DNA of 63,978 bases, filler included, from Lenisia limosa (Eukaryota > Protista > Breviatea): assembly GCA_001655205.1 (NCBI GenBank). It is 16 parts of 16 records of this genome, joined end to end, with 100 filler letters (N's around TTAATTAATTAA, not from the genome) between each part and the next. Parts side by side here need not be neighbours in the genome. Positions count along the whole stretch, not along the records: positions 52,138 to 54,625 come from LPNZ01009733.1; positions 54,726 to 62,608 come from LPNZ01011219.1; positions 62,709 to 63,978 come from LPNZ01000602.1; 13 more parts are not named here. One strand, written 5' to 3'. The position numbers and the translations under genes were made by a program. The notes under the pieces were generated by a model. The model worked only from the letters and a program-made list of their open reading frames with translations, had not been told where the DNA came from and ran no database searches. This document shows positions 52,138 through 63,285 of this stretch, piece after piece. The first letter of the stretch is position 1; every line of letters starts with the position of its first letter.

Positions 52138-54336
52138 GCAATTCGGGCTGAAGCTGGCTCGGATGAATGGTCCGCCACAGCATCCGAAAAATACTAAATG
52201 TGTCCAAATGGCTGGAGAAATACAGAATGTGTCAATGGTACATACATCATGCCTATAAGAGACATTGCATGTCGGAAATATGTAGAAAATACATCATTGT
52301 ATGTCGGAAATATGTACAAAATATATCTAAAAACAACCCCATATTACCACCCCATTGCTAGATGAGCCAGGACCCCCCCCCCCCNNNNNNNNNNNNNNNN
52401 NNNNNNNNNNNNNNNNNNNNNNNNNNNNNNNNNNNNNNNNNNNNNNNNNNNNNNNNNNNNNNNNNNNNNNNNNNNNNNNNNNNNNNNNNNNNNNNNCGTG
52501 CACGTAATCCTCATCCTTCTCAATGCGCTTACGGAACCTGGGGATATTATGTTCGGTCACGGGAATTAAAAAAATAAACTGTATTTTTGTATCCCCATGT
52601 AATATTATACCCTAGATTTTAACCATGGAGGTCAATTGATCACTAGATTGGAATCCGAGGTGACACTGCCCAAAAAGTTTTGTAGCTACTCTAATTATAA
52701 GAATATTCGAGGATTGGTTGAGAAGTTCCAAGTGTCATCTTTCAACAATCGAGTTTGAGTCCAACTCTGAAGATCATGTCCGTTTGTGATTATTTACAAT
52801 GTTTTATGATGATCCCCAGTGCTCATATACGAAGAGGTCTTTTGTGGAGTGAGTTGTTTTCTTCCTGCCTTTCGGTAGACTAAATAGGCGGTAAAAAATA
52901 GCCGCCTATTTAGTCTAGTCAGTTACCTCGGATCCCCATGTACGAAATTACTTTACTTTACCTCCATGTTTTCACATAATATATTGCATTTCTTGAAACA
53001 CAACTTGGCGATATAACAGTAGCAGCCTCACAATTAACTATTGTTAAGTGTACTCCTTCCCTACCTAAGACATGATATAATTACCCCCCCATACACGATT
53101 ATACATAATACCGCCATCCATTTGGACTTTTTGTTTCATAAATTTTCCAATTTTACCCCCCTTACCTGATTGTGTGGTCAGCCTCCGCAGGGTCCACATC
53201 TTTAGGCCAGCCGCCCTCGTAATGATACACTCCCTGTGACTGCAGTGAATAGCTCTCCGTGTTGACCTGGCAGCGGTTAGGGATTAATGAAAAAAACAAA
53301 AAAGCTAAATGGTCGGTTCTTTTACGTGACACCCCCACCCCAAATCAACTGTTGGCTCAATATACGCAAAACACAGCAAACTAATTAGTCCACCCCCAAT
53401 CATTGCCATGCAACCTTGTACACACGCCATTCTGTTTACAAAACCATTAATATGTTAAGATGATGAGAAATAAAACAAGGTTGTATCAAGCCGAAGTTGT
53501 CCAAGACATCACGTTTATCAGAGATATTGTTGTCATTGTAGTATCCCCCTAGCGAGTAGGCATCGCAATCCTCCATGATGTTAATTTTCGTAGCAATTAG
53601 CAGCCATATTTGAATTTAAACAATATATCCCATTTACGCCGAGAGATGATCAAAAGATCATATCAATGATGACGTGGGAGATGTTAGAGTAAGGCCATGC
53701 GACTAGCTTCGCTTTGGCTTCCATAAGCGGGAAAAATATTGATATTAATCGAGTATTTTATGAAAATCCAGTATTTTTTGAACAAGTGAAGCTTAAGCCA
53801 TGGTAGCAGATTACATCAAGAGAGATACACTATCAGAAAATATCAGAACTTCATTCTTTATAAAAAAATAAATAATGAAGCTCAAGATAGTGCTCATACA
53901 AGAGATTATATTACCCAACCTATGAAATCATTCTCAATAGAGAGCAAGGTTAATGGAATCTATGCTTAGTCCTTCCACATACTTGTGATCAGCAGTAGTT
54001 CCCAAGAAAAAAAGAAACAATCAAAAATTATTGCACCTTCATCAACATCGCATTCCAGCCCCCTTAAACTCTTGAACAGAGCCTATGGTACACAAACAAG
54101 CTGACCGAATGTTCACTCATTTCTGGTGAACTCTGCACCCCAGCAGAGGCGGGCTGTTGGACCACAAAAGACTCCGCTAGCACCGGGTCTGGCTGAATAT
54201 CCACAATGGACATCGGTGCTCTGGAAGAAAGACGATAAGAGGAGGGAGGGGAGGCTTCCTGAGCCTACCTGTCTTGAAAGTTGCACCATCGGCCAAAGTT
54301 GGCCCTTTTACGGGTATAAACGTAGACAACGTCCAT
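52138..54336 (-). CDS. DNAI2: Axonemal outer-arm dynein intermediate chain 2 (IC2/ODA6 orthologue), 5' part
   Basis: Exons 54269-54336 (MDVVYVYTRKRANFGRWCNFQDR), 54106-54220 (APMSIVDIQPDP...EMSEHS), 53166-53266 (VNTE...HYEGGWPKDVDPAEADHTIR), from 52541 (FRKRIEKDEDYVH) and about 52138-52192 (YFSDAVADHSSEPASAR). These match DNAI2 motifs EGGWPKDV and RFRKKVEKDE. Confidence 0.93.
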
Positions 54337-54839
54337 AATAACCGCCAAGGGTTACCTTAACACGCNNNNNNNNNNNNNNNNNNNNNNNNNNNNNNNNNNN
54401 NNNNNNNNNNNNNNNNNNNNNNNNNNNNNNNNNNNNNNNNNNNNNNNNNNNNNNNNNNNNNNNNNNNCTTTATAGATTCCTTAATCAATCAAACATGCCT
54501 CGTTCAGCTTTTTTGCTGTTTTCGGTTTTCCCCAAGTTTTTCATTGCAAAAAAAACTAACCTTCATGGGGGTACTATACGTACTGATTCAATGCACCCAC
54601 CCCGTACCCTCCTGGGGTCCGAGCTNNNNNNNNNNNNNNNNNNNNNNNNNNNNNNNNNNNNNNNNNNNNTTAATTAATTAANNNNNNNNNNNNNNNNNNN
54701 NNNNNNNNNNNNNNNNNNNNNNNNNCGTGGGGGGGGGGGGTCTCTATATTCCTCCTTATGAAAGGAGCATAACGGGGGGTTTTGCACCATATTCCTCCTG
54801 ATGAAAGGAGCATTCTTATCTCTTCCCCCAAATCACTCA

Positions 54840-57555
54840 GCCCCGTTCACCTTGTCAGATCCATGGCTCCCACTCTGCAGATTGCCCTCATGGTCAAAAC
54901 AGCAGTGAGGAGCGTGACAGGTCAATTCCCGCAAGCTTATTGTCTATCTCTTGAGATGCCTTGGGTTATCCTGGCAAGAGATACACAGGTTGATATATAT
55001 ATATAGCAATGAGAAATAAAAAAAATAAGGTTGTACCGGGCCAAAGCCGTCCACACCATCACGCTTAGAAGAGATATTGGATTATAGTAAATATTAATTC
55101 ACCCAATCATTTGTCTTACAACTTTGATTGTATATCCCATCAAGGATAAAAAGTAGGGCTTCACTTTGGTTCGAAAAAGCACTGTAAAATATCGGTAGTG
55201 TCCTAGGATTTCTCGAGAATTCGGCTCTTTTTCTGAACTGAAGTGGAACCTTAATAAAAAGCCTTTCACACTGAAACACATCGTGTATAGGGCTTCACTT
55301 TGGTTAGGAGAAATTATCGAGAGTATTCGAAGATTTATCGAGATATTCAGTCTTTTTTCGAACTGAAGTGAAGCCCTAATCGTTTTTCACCCCATAGATG
55401 GTCGCTGACTTGTGGCGTCATTTGGCTGACAAACCCAACGTGTAAGAGGGCCCTCGATTCAGCTTCAAATACAAGCTCCTCCTTAGCTGCTAGCCACACC
55501 CACATGCGTTATCTCATAGAGGGTGGTCACAAAAATGTCCAGATTTCTCGATTAGCCTCAATAATTTCTCGTCTTTTTCGGACCATATAGACTCCCTATC
55601 CCGATAGCTTGGAGTTTTATGGACTGGTTGACAATTCTCTGCGGTAAACAACACTAGAGAAAAACTAGGTCTCCAACAGAGAAGTCGCTAATGGGAATCT
55701 GTGTGTGCTTTGGATTATACACAGTGACCGGAAAAGTCTTGACCTATTTTCCTTGGGAAATCTTATTGCAAATCGGACAAGACTTATCCCGGTCACTGTG
55801 CACTGTTCATGTATTGTTTTTCTGATATCAAACCAGACGGTTGGTGCATTCCATGATAGAAGTTGTCGATGACGACCTTGAAATGGCACTCTCGATGACA
55901 CGAAGCCCCTTCACAAGGACTCTGGGTTGGTGGGGACAGTGTTGCATTAGAGCCTTTATTACCGACTTATTGAGTTCATGGATTTATATATGTACGTGTT
56001 TTTGATGAATGATATTTACTCTATGACTATCCCAAGCTCCTACCCTGGGTATAACATTTGATACCCTTTCAGACCAAAATATTAAGCCTACCTGGTCGCA
56101 CAAATGAAACTTGATCAATGATATGTCAAGAAATTCCTATCTTATTGAGCTCACCTCCCCCCCTTCCCACCTTTGGCCCGGGCTTTGTTTGTTGTTATCN
56201 NNNNNNNNNNNNNNNNNNNNNNNNNNNNNNNNNNNNNNNNNNNNNNNNNNNNNNNNNNNNNNNNNNNNNNNNNNNNNNNNNNNNNNNNNNNNNNNNNNNN
56301 NNNNNNNNNNNNNNNNNNNNNNNNNNNNNNNNNNNNNNNNNNNNNNNNNNNNNNNNNNNNNNNNNNNNNNNNNNNNNNNNNNNNGCGATTTGTTGCAGCA
56401 ACGTCCCTCCATGTCGACTTGGCTACTGGTGGGCTTGCTGGCGTTCAACACACTTATTCTATCTTGTTCATATTCACTTGATTGCGTTTTGGTTTCAATC
56501 CACGACAAGTGTTTTTATCATGCTTTTAGATTCTCAAGAGAATCCCAACATCATATATTACGACTTTGGCGTCATGGTATGCGGCAATATACAGATAAGA
56601 TGTTGATGTTTACAATTAATTATGTTATTTTGTTCACTTCAGGACCTTTTGTACTTTTATTGTGCCATTTTTTGAATATTATTGTTATATCCACAATCAG
56701 ATAAACAGATCAAGATGACCTTCAATAATAGAAGCAAACACTGATGAAAAGCTGACCCCCTCAGATGGCTCAAACAATGGAGCAGTTCGTTACTGCCAAG
56801 CTCTTTGGAATGACAAAGTTGGTCCATGCCTGGATAATTATGATAGGCACGCATAAAGCTATGTTCACAGATTTGTAAGGCAGAAAATGTGAATCACTAT
56901 TAATCTCTCAAAACAACCTGATAGTGGACATTCGTTATAATTACTCATTTTTGCATAGTATGGGACGATATTCTCGTGTGAATTCAGAACTTGTGAAGGG
57001 GTTATCACAAATTGATGACTCCCATCCAGATTGAACGTCTTCCAAACCATAGCCAATAAAGTCACAATGAAAGCCACTGCATTCTCGTCCGCTGTTTATG
57101 CCAAGTTTACTGAGGAAAACGGGATCGGCCACAGTTCACGGCTCTTCGGTGGGGAAGGGGGCTCTATGCTTTATGTACCCTATTGATTGTTCATCACAAC
57201 GCCTACAGGGACGGATAAGTCTTGACCGATTGTCCTTGGGCAATCATAGAGCAAATCTGTCAAGACTTATCCCGGTCCCTGTAGGCGTTGTAAGCTGGGT
57301 ATATAATTGAAAACAGACCCCTGCAAAACTTGCAGTAATAAGGTTCCCCCCTCACCAGTAAATATCTGCTGTCTGAAAAGAGGGGTTCTTGATAGATCTC
57401 GATGCAATGATAATGATGCAAAACAAAGCTGACGATCACGTCTCAACCTTGTAGAAATTCCAGCCTTTGCTGTGTCTGAGAAGCTGTGTACTTCGCCAAA
57501 CAAAGACGGGCCTTGGGTATGTGATGGGGCATTCAAATCATTGGTGAAAACCATC
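54840..57555 (-). CDS. Unidentified multi-exon coding region; may be a C-terminal continuation of the helicase
   Basis: Blocks MVFTNDLNAPSHTQGPSLFGEVHSFSD, ADPVFLSKLGINSGRECSGFHCDFIGY, VLVKGLRVIESAISRSSSTTSIMECTN and AKEELVFEAESRALLHVGFVSQ with GT-AG ends. Confidence 0.4.
55154..55253. mobile_element. hAT-type MITE family A
   Basis: Perfect 8-bp TSD ATAAAAAG at 55146-55153 and 55254-55261. A second copy follows at 55288-55378 with TSD ATCGTGTA/ATCGTTTT. Confidence 0.9.
57206..57281. mobile_element. Tc1/mariner-type MITE family C (~76 bp)
   Basis: TA|CAGGGACGGATAAGTCTTGAC...GTCAAGACTTATCCCGGTCCCTG|TA, family TIR CAGTGACCGGGATAAGTCTTGAC. Other copies at about 25413, 28897, 32308, 33897, 48677, 55722 and 58849, most with TA on at least one side. 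Confidence 0.85.
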
Positions 57556-58511
57556 ATAAGTGTTACATCGAACCAAGAGTTGAGAGAGTTGATGTCTTTT
57601 TGATGAAGACCTTTTTAGTGATTGATTCACAAATTAGGTCCTGATGGAGTCGAGTGGATCGTTCTATCAGTCCTACAGGGAATGCTCCGTTGTTTTGGGT
57701 GGGTGTCATTTTTACTTTTCAGGTTTTTTTATTTATTTTTGTTCCATCATCGTCAGCTGAGCCACGAATAAAACTTGATTTTTTATGAAGGAGTTAAAAC
57801 TTATTTTTATTCATGTTGATTAGGTACAAAATGCCCGTCTTCTGAAGTATTTGCGGGTGGGGGGGGGGGGGGTTNNNNNNNNNNNNNNNNNNNNNNNNNN
57901 NNNNNNNNNNNNNNNNNNNNNNNNNNNNNNNNNNNNNNNNNNNNNNNNNNNNNNNNNNNNNNNNNNNNNNNNNNNNNNNNNNNNNNNNNNNNNNNNNNNG
58001 CCATTGCTCCTCATGGTTTTAGGCAAGCGTCCCGGTTTTACTGTGTAATTTTATGGTATTTATTCAGGTGTGCAATGGATGTATTGAACCTTCGAAACAC
58101 AAGGCTTCTGAGGAAAAAAGAAAGGGTGTAGAAATTTGAAAAAAAAAAAAAAAGCATGGCTGTCAAATCAGCCAAAAGGTCATTTAGAACGCCTGAGTAA
58201 TGAATTNNNNNNNNNNNNNNNNNNNNNNNNNNNNNNNNNNNNNNNNNNNNNNNNNNNNNNNNNNNNNNNNNNNNNNNNNNNNNNNNNNNNNNNNNNNNNN
58301 NNNNNNNNNNNNNNNNNNNNNNNNNNNNNNNNNNNNNAATAGAGTGCAAAAAAGGACACAGAATTTGAATATTGAAATAGTACTTCTGCCCCCCGGGTCG
58401 TCAATGAAAGCAAAATAGAACTGCCACCCCTTTAAGGAACCCGCAGGTTTTTGTATCTGTTAGATATTGATGCATTCAAGTTCAAGTTCAAGAAAGACAT
58501 GAAATCCCCAC

Positions 58512-61500
58512 CTCAAAAGCAGGGGAAAGCGCCTCAGTTTTATCATCACCATCACTGTCAGGAGGCGACAGGGGAACGTCAAGGTCAGGCCCCAGTGGGT
58601 CAGAAGAGGTTCTTTTCGGCATCTTCTGCTGCTGAAGAAGTGATCGGGGGGGGGGAGAGAAATTGGAAAATTTATGAAAAGAAAAAGCCTCTCAACTCTG
58701 TTGGCTGATAACACACGAGGGTTCATAACAACAAAACAAAAAAAGCCCAGGTCAGTCGCTTCTGCAGCACCGCATCCCATCACTCCAGCGGGGGGTGTGA
58801 AGAATACATATTCAGTGATAATAAAAGCATATCAATATTCTAAAATACAGTGACCAGGAATTCTTGACCGATTTGCTATGTGATTTCCAATGGGAAATCG
58901 GTCAATACTTATCACTGTCAGTGTAGTGTATAAGGAAGGGGCTGAAAAATAAATAGAACAACCATCCTTTCGAAGCTCAGGACCTACAATTCTCTTCACA
59001 TATTCGTCAAGGCTTTCCTCAGGAGGTTTCATTTCCCTCTCGCCGGTTTCCTGCGGGTGAACTGTGTAACGTTTCATTTGACAACATAAGAAAGGAAATG
59101 TCGGACCAACACCGTCCTCACCATCACTTTTTCAAGACATATTGAGTAGTGGATTAATTCACCCAGTCAATTACCCACACAATTGCATCAAGAAAGTAAA
59201 TGTATAATAGATAATAATAATAATAATAATAAGACCATATGCACCATTATAAAAACACATAAGTCCACTCACTATATTATTAAATCATAACCCCAAACAG
59301 CAGATTGATAGAACACTTCCCTCCCCGCTACAGTGTGAAGATAGGCAACAACAAGCTTCTTTGGCATTTCGCGAACAAATCGACTTATTTCCGTCTGTGC
59401 GGATCAGAATTGTAATAGCCCCCCAATGTGTGCTTAGCACATAAAAATGGACTTGTCAACATACATAAGATATATAATATATACCATAGAGCAAGTTAAA
59501 AATATCTTCACTGTGGAGAAAACAACGAAATAACCCAGGTTAATTCCCTTTTATCTCAAGAATGCAAAAACATCTTGATCAATATAATAATACATAAAGG
59601 CCAAGTGTATTGTACAAAGAGGGGCAGACCTGTCCATACTCCTGCGACTTGAGCGTTGACGAGACGAACAGTTTCCTCTTTGGTCTGGTGCATGCCACGT
59701 ACATCAATCGTCGTTCCTCCTCCGCATCAGCCTAATGCTGTTATTGTCTTCAACAAAGTGTGCTGACAATAGGGCTTCACTTCGGTTCGAAAAGACTGAA
59801 CTTTTCAATAAGTCCTCGAACCGAAGTGAGACAGTATAATTAGACAAGACAAAAAAGCTTCATCTTGGCTTAGGAATAACACCAAGCCCAATTTGTTTTT
59901 AAGCCGAGTATCTGTTATCATAGACTTAGAAGTTTAAGACTTCCCAATAGCAAGGCTACTAATCGAAAAATAGATGACTATCGATATGATATTTTGCGGC
60001 CTTTTAGAGAAGTCGACTTATACATATGAGTATGTTGGGAACACCAAGAGTGATAGATTACCTGGGTAACGAATATGGACTCGGGGGTGGGGGTGGCATG
60101 TCTCCGAGCAAACGTCTCGTTGTTTTCATCTGGATTTGTTAGTGTCTTTGAGTTAGCAATGTGGAAATATGCAATTATGTAATATGTAGTTAAATGAGAA
60201 AAGCAATTAGTAAGTATTATATGTATCTTAATATATGATATTATATATTATATAACCGAGAGACTACGATGTTGGTGAACAGTTCAATTTCCCTTGGTGT
60301 AGCAGAGGTGCTAATATTAACTCGTGCCGGCATGTCTTACTCCATTTTTCCTTCCACCCTTAGATATGAAGACCCCCCGCTTGCCTTCGGTATCAAGAGG
60401 AAGTTCCTTCTCATTGACACGAACAACGAACGTCGAGTCAAACTCCAAGCCTGCAATAAAATCACGTGGCTTTCGGTGTAACAAAAAAAGTCCTTTTGTC
60501 CAAAAGTGCCCTGTTCTTCTCGTCCTACAAACCTTTTGATTGATGGATTGTTGATAGGCACACTAGGTTGGGGGAAGGGTTATCCTGAGGAGAATCAAAC
60601 TGGAAAGCGGAACAGTGTTTGATGAACTTGAAATAGTGCGAACAACAAAACAACAATCATATAAATATCATATATACATAAGATTATGTGTGTTTGTAGA
60701 AATGTATCGATGTGAAAACTGTAATAGACAAAAATAGTGTAGAGAGATGAAAATAGATTCATACATTCGGGTGCCAAGGAGCGCGGAATATTGATAATTT
60801 GGATTACGGTGCCCCCTATGGATTTATTTGTTTCTCCAGTAATCTGAATGTGTATCACATGATATTATATCTTTCTAAAAATCATCTGATGATTTAACCA
60901 AAGCCCTACCGGTCTACTGATGTCGGTGTATGCCAGGAACCCTCGTATAATGTCACGACTCTTCCCGTCTTCAATCTGGTTTGTGAAAACAGAGGCAATT
61001 GGGCTGTTTTAGATAGATTTCCATCTGATTGTCTCGTTTTTGCTTCAATAATATGAAAAGAAACGGGTATTATTTGATAAAATAATAATAATAAAACTAA
61101 AAAGCCAGTCCATCCCCACTCCCACCTCAAGAATTCCCTTATTGCGTCTTTTCTGCCCGTACGCTTGAACATGCCCAGCCTGGCGTGAAAGGATAATCAA
61201 ATAAATTCGATGATTTTCTCAAAAAAGCGCTTTGAGGGGTAAATGAGTGTAGGATTATGAGCTTAGACGATATATAACTGAAACCCTATCATATTGATCA
61301 CACACCCGGTTCGAAGTAATAAATAAATACCAAGGGAGAGTTTTGTCAAACTGTAGCGAAAGTGGGTAGTAATATTCATCACAACGGCGGGGAAATCATT
61401 ATTAGTGCTCCGTGCAATTAATTTTCCAAAAGTTGAAGTGAGACATATTTTAATGTAAACTCCATTTCAGACCCTTTAGTTTCAAATTTTGACAATTAAT

Positions 61501-61662
61501 TTCTTCAAAAAATGAATTGCACGGAGTTGTAAAAACTATATCAGTATTTCCAGCCCCCACGGTTTCATTTCGGTCTTTGAAAGCCGACGTCTCTTGCCAT
61601 TTTCGAGCCTCGGTCCTGAGCAGGCTGAATAGCTTGGACTCAACACCTCTTGATAGGCCGTC
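58512..61662 (-). CDS. UvrD/Rep/Srs2-family SF1A DNA helicase, C-terminal half
   Basis: Motif V is VCLSTIHQSK|GLEFDSTFVVRVNEKELP and motif VI is EEERRLMYVACTRPKRKLFVS. They are followed by TEISRFVREMP and an acidic/Pro-rich tail. Confidence 0.88.
58646..58787 (-). mobile_element. Splice-site-associated repeat family D, most complete ungapped copy (142 bp)
   Basis: Approximate family consensus on the sense strand: TGGAGTGATGGGATGCGGTGCTGCAGAAGCGACTGGCCTGGGCTTTGTTTTGTTGTTATCAACCCTCGTGTGCTGTCAGCCAACAGAGTTGATTTTGGGCTTTTTTTGTTTCATAAATTTTCCAATTTTACCCCCC. The C-tail here lies 12 nt before the 3' AG. At least 20 full or partial copies in the window. Mechanism of mobility not established. Confidence 0.8.
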
Positions 61663-61813
61663 CTTGATTGGGGTGAGAAATGAATGTGCTCTGCTTTCGT
61701 GTTGTAGTACTGATACATGCATGTCATATTATATACATGTATGTATGATCGATAAAAAAACACCACAGTATAATATGCCATTATATATTGTATAGGCCAT
61801 TGCTAGTGTTTTT

Positions 61814-62035
61814 TGCTTCGACAGATACATAGAGAAATGGACCTCCTAATGTTCCCTAACTTTTTTTTTTTCAGTTTTGAGCAAATGTCAAAAATCCGTG
61901 AATTTGGTCTCCCTGGGGTCCCCCTTTTGCCTTTTCACAGGATTGTTTTCTGAATCTTACCCTCTTTTAGTGTTAAGAAACAAAAATTTGTACCCCTCGG
62001 AGTAATTGGTTCCGGGTTCCCATTTGCTTTGGCTA
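61814..62035 (+). repeat. Dispersed repeat family F, copy 2
   Basis: Matches 2385-2594. A ~65-bp repeat at 62320-62375(-) also matches 2280-2340(+). Confidence 0.85.
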
Positions 62036-63285
62036 TGTAATGGTGAATATTGAGGAAAAAATGCTAAAAATAGCACTGTCTACAGGGGTAAACTATCCCG
62101 GATAGTTGCCATTTATTCCTTGAATGTGGCCTTTTGTAACGGTTTTTGCTTGTTTTTGACCGTTTTTGGACCGTAAATAGAGAGCTTAGGGACTTAATTT
62201 GGTTTTGACCCGAAAATATGTTAAATTGGGGTTTCATATTTGATTAAGATTGAGATTACTTTTAAAAACAGAAGGGAAATTGGGTTTCTGGGTGGTTTCT
62301 GGTGATTTTGTATGGAAAACTCAAGCTGTCCGGGAGTTTTGATGTGTCCGGGAATTTTGAATGATTTCTGGAGCTTTGACTATACATATATATAGTTAAA
62401 ACCGCGAACATGATTAAAACCGCGAACAAAAAGGAGGCTTTTCTTTCAATTTTTGAGTCAATACGCTCCTTATTTACGCCTCTTTCGCATTTTTTGCAAA
62501 TTATCGCCAGAAACACTCCTGTATACAGGGTTTTATTCATTAGAATAAGCAGGGGTATCAACATACATGCAAAATACCACCTTCATGGTACTTCAATTTT
62601 TCATGCGANNNNNNNNNNNNNNNNNNNNNNNNNNNNNNNNNNNNNNNNNNNNTTAATTAATTAANNNNNNNNNNNNNNNNNNNNNNNNNNNNNNNNNNNN
62701 NNNNNNNNGGGATATCCATTCCCACACCGGCTGGATGATGTGACGAGGATATATATCTATACTATATATGTATATATAATATAGAGATGAGAAATAAAGC
62801 AAGGTTGTTTCTGGCCGAAGTCGTCCACACCATCACGCTTATCAGAGATATTTGATGAGGGTATGAGAATATCCGCTGCATCTGCAAAGCCGTTGACTCC
62901 AGAATACAACGTTCATTCGAGAACAGGAGTAGCTACAGAATACCGAACACAACACATCAATACTGCTCAATTGATTTCGGTAATGTACACATATTATAGT
63001 ATTACATAACATGCACAGACAAATTACTTTTTATACATTAATAAATAATATCAACACATGAACCCAATATCCCTTGTCATCGATGAAAAGCCTGATATGT
63101 AGGGCTCCCGCCCAAAAAGACAGACATAAAGAATATCAACAAGACTTATTTGGACCAAAGAAGCCCAGTAATGAGTATCATATACAACACCCACGGAGAT
63201 CAATGGGTTCCGCTACAGGGGTCGGGTCACTAAAGAGTTAGAAATAGACTGGATTTTCCGAGGGCATGAAAACCAAAAAACATAC

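Noticed and set aside
10288-54336. Non-standard genetic code or non-canonical introns
   Set aside because: QTRT1, DJ-1, the kinase and DNAI2 splice in frame with GT-AG only and have no internal stops. DJ-1 ends in TAA.
55720-55800. CACAGTG ends suggesting an RSS/Transib (RAG-like) transposon
   Set aside because: Other family C copies show the true end is CAGTG flanked by TA. There is no 5-bp TSD and no nonamer.
8662-62664. Recurrent TTAATTAATTAA as a biological motif
   Set aside because: It is always centred in exactly 44+44 N. This is a six-frame-stop assembly linker.
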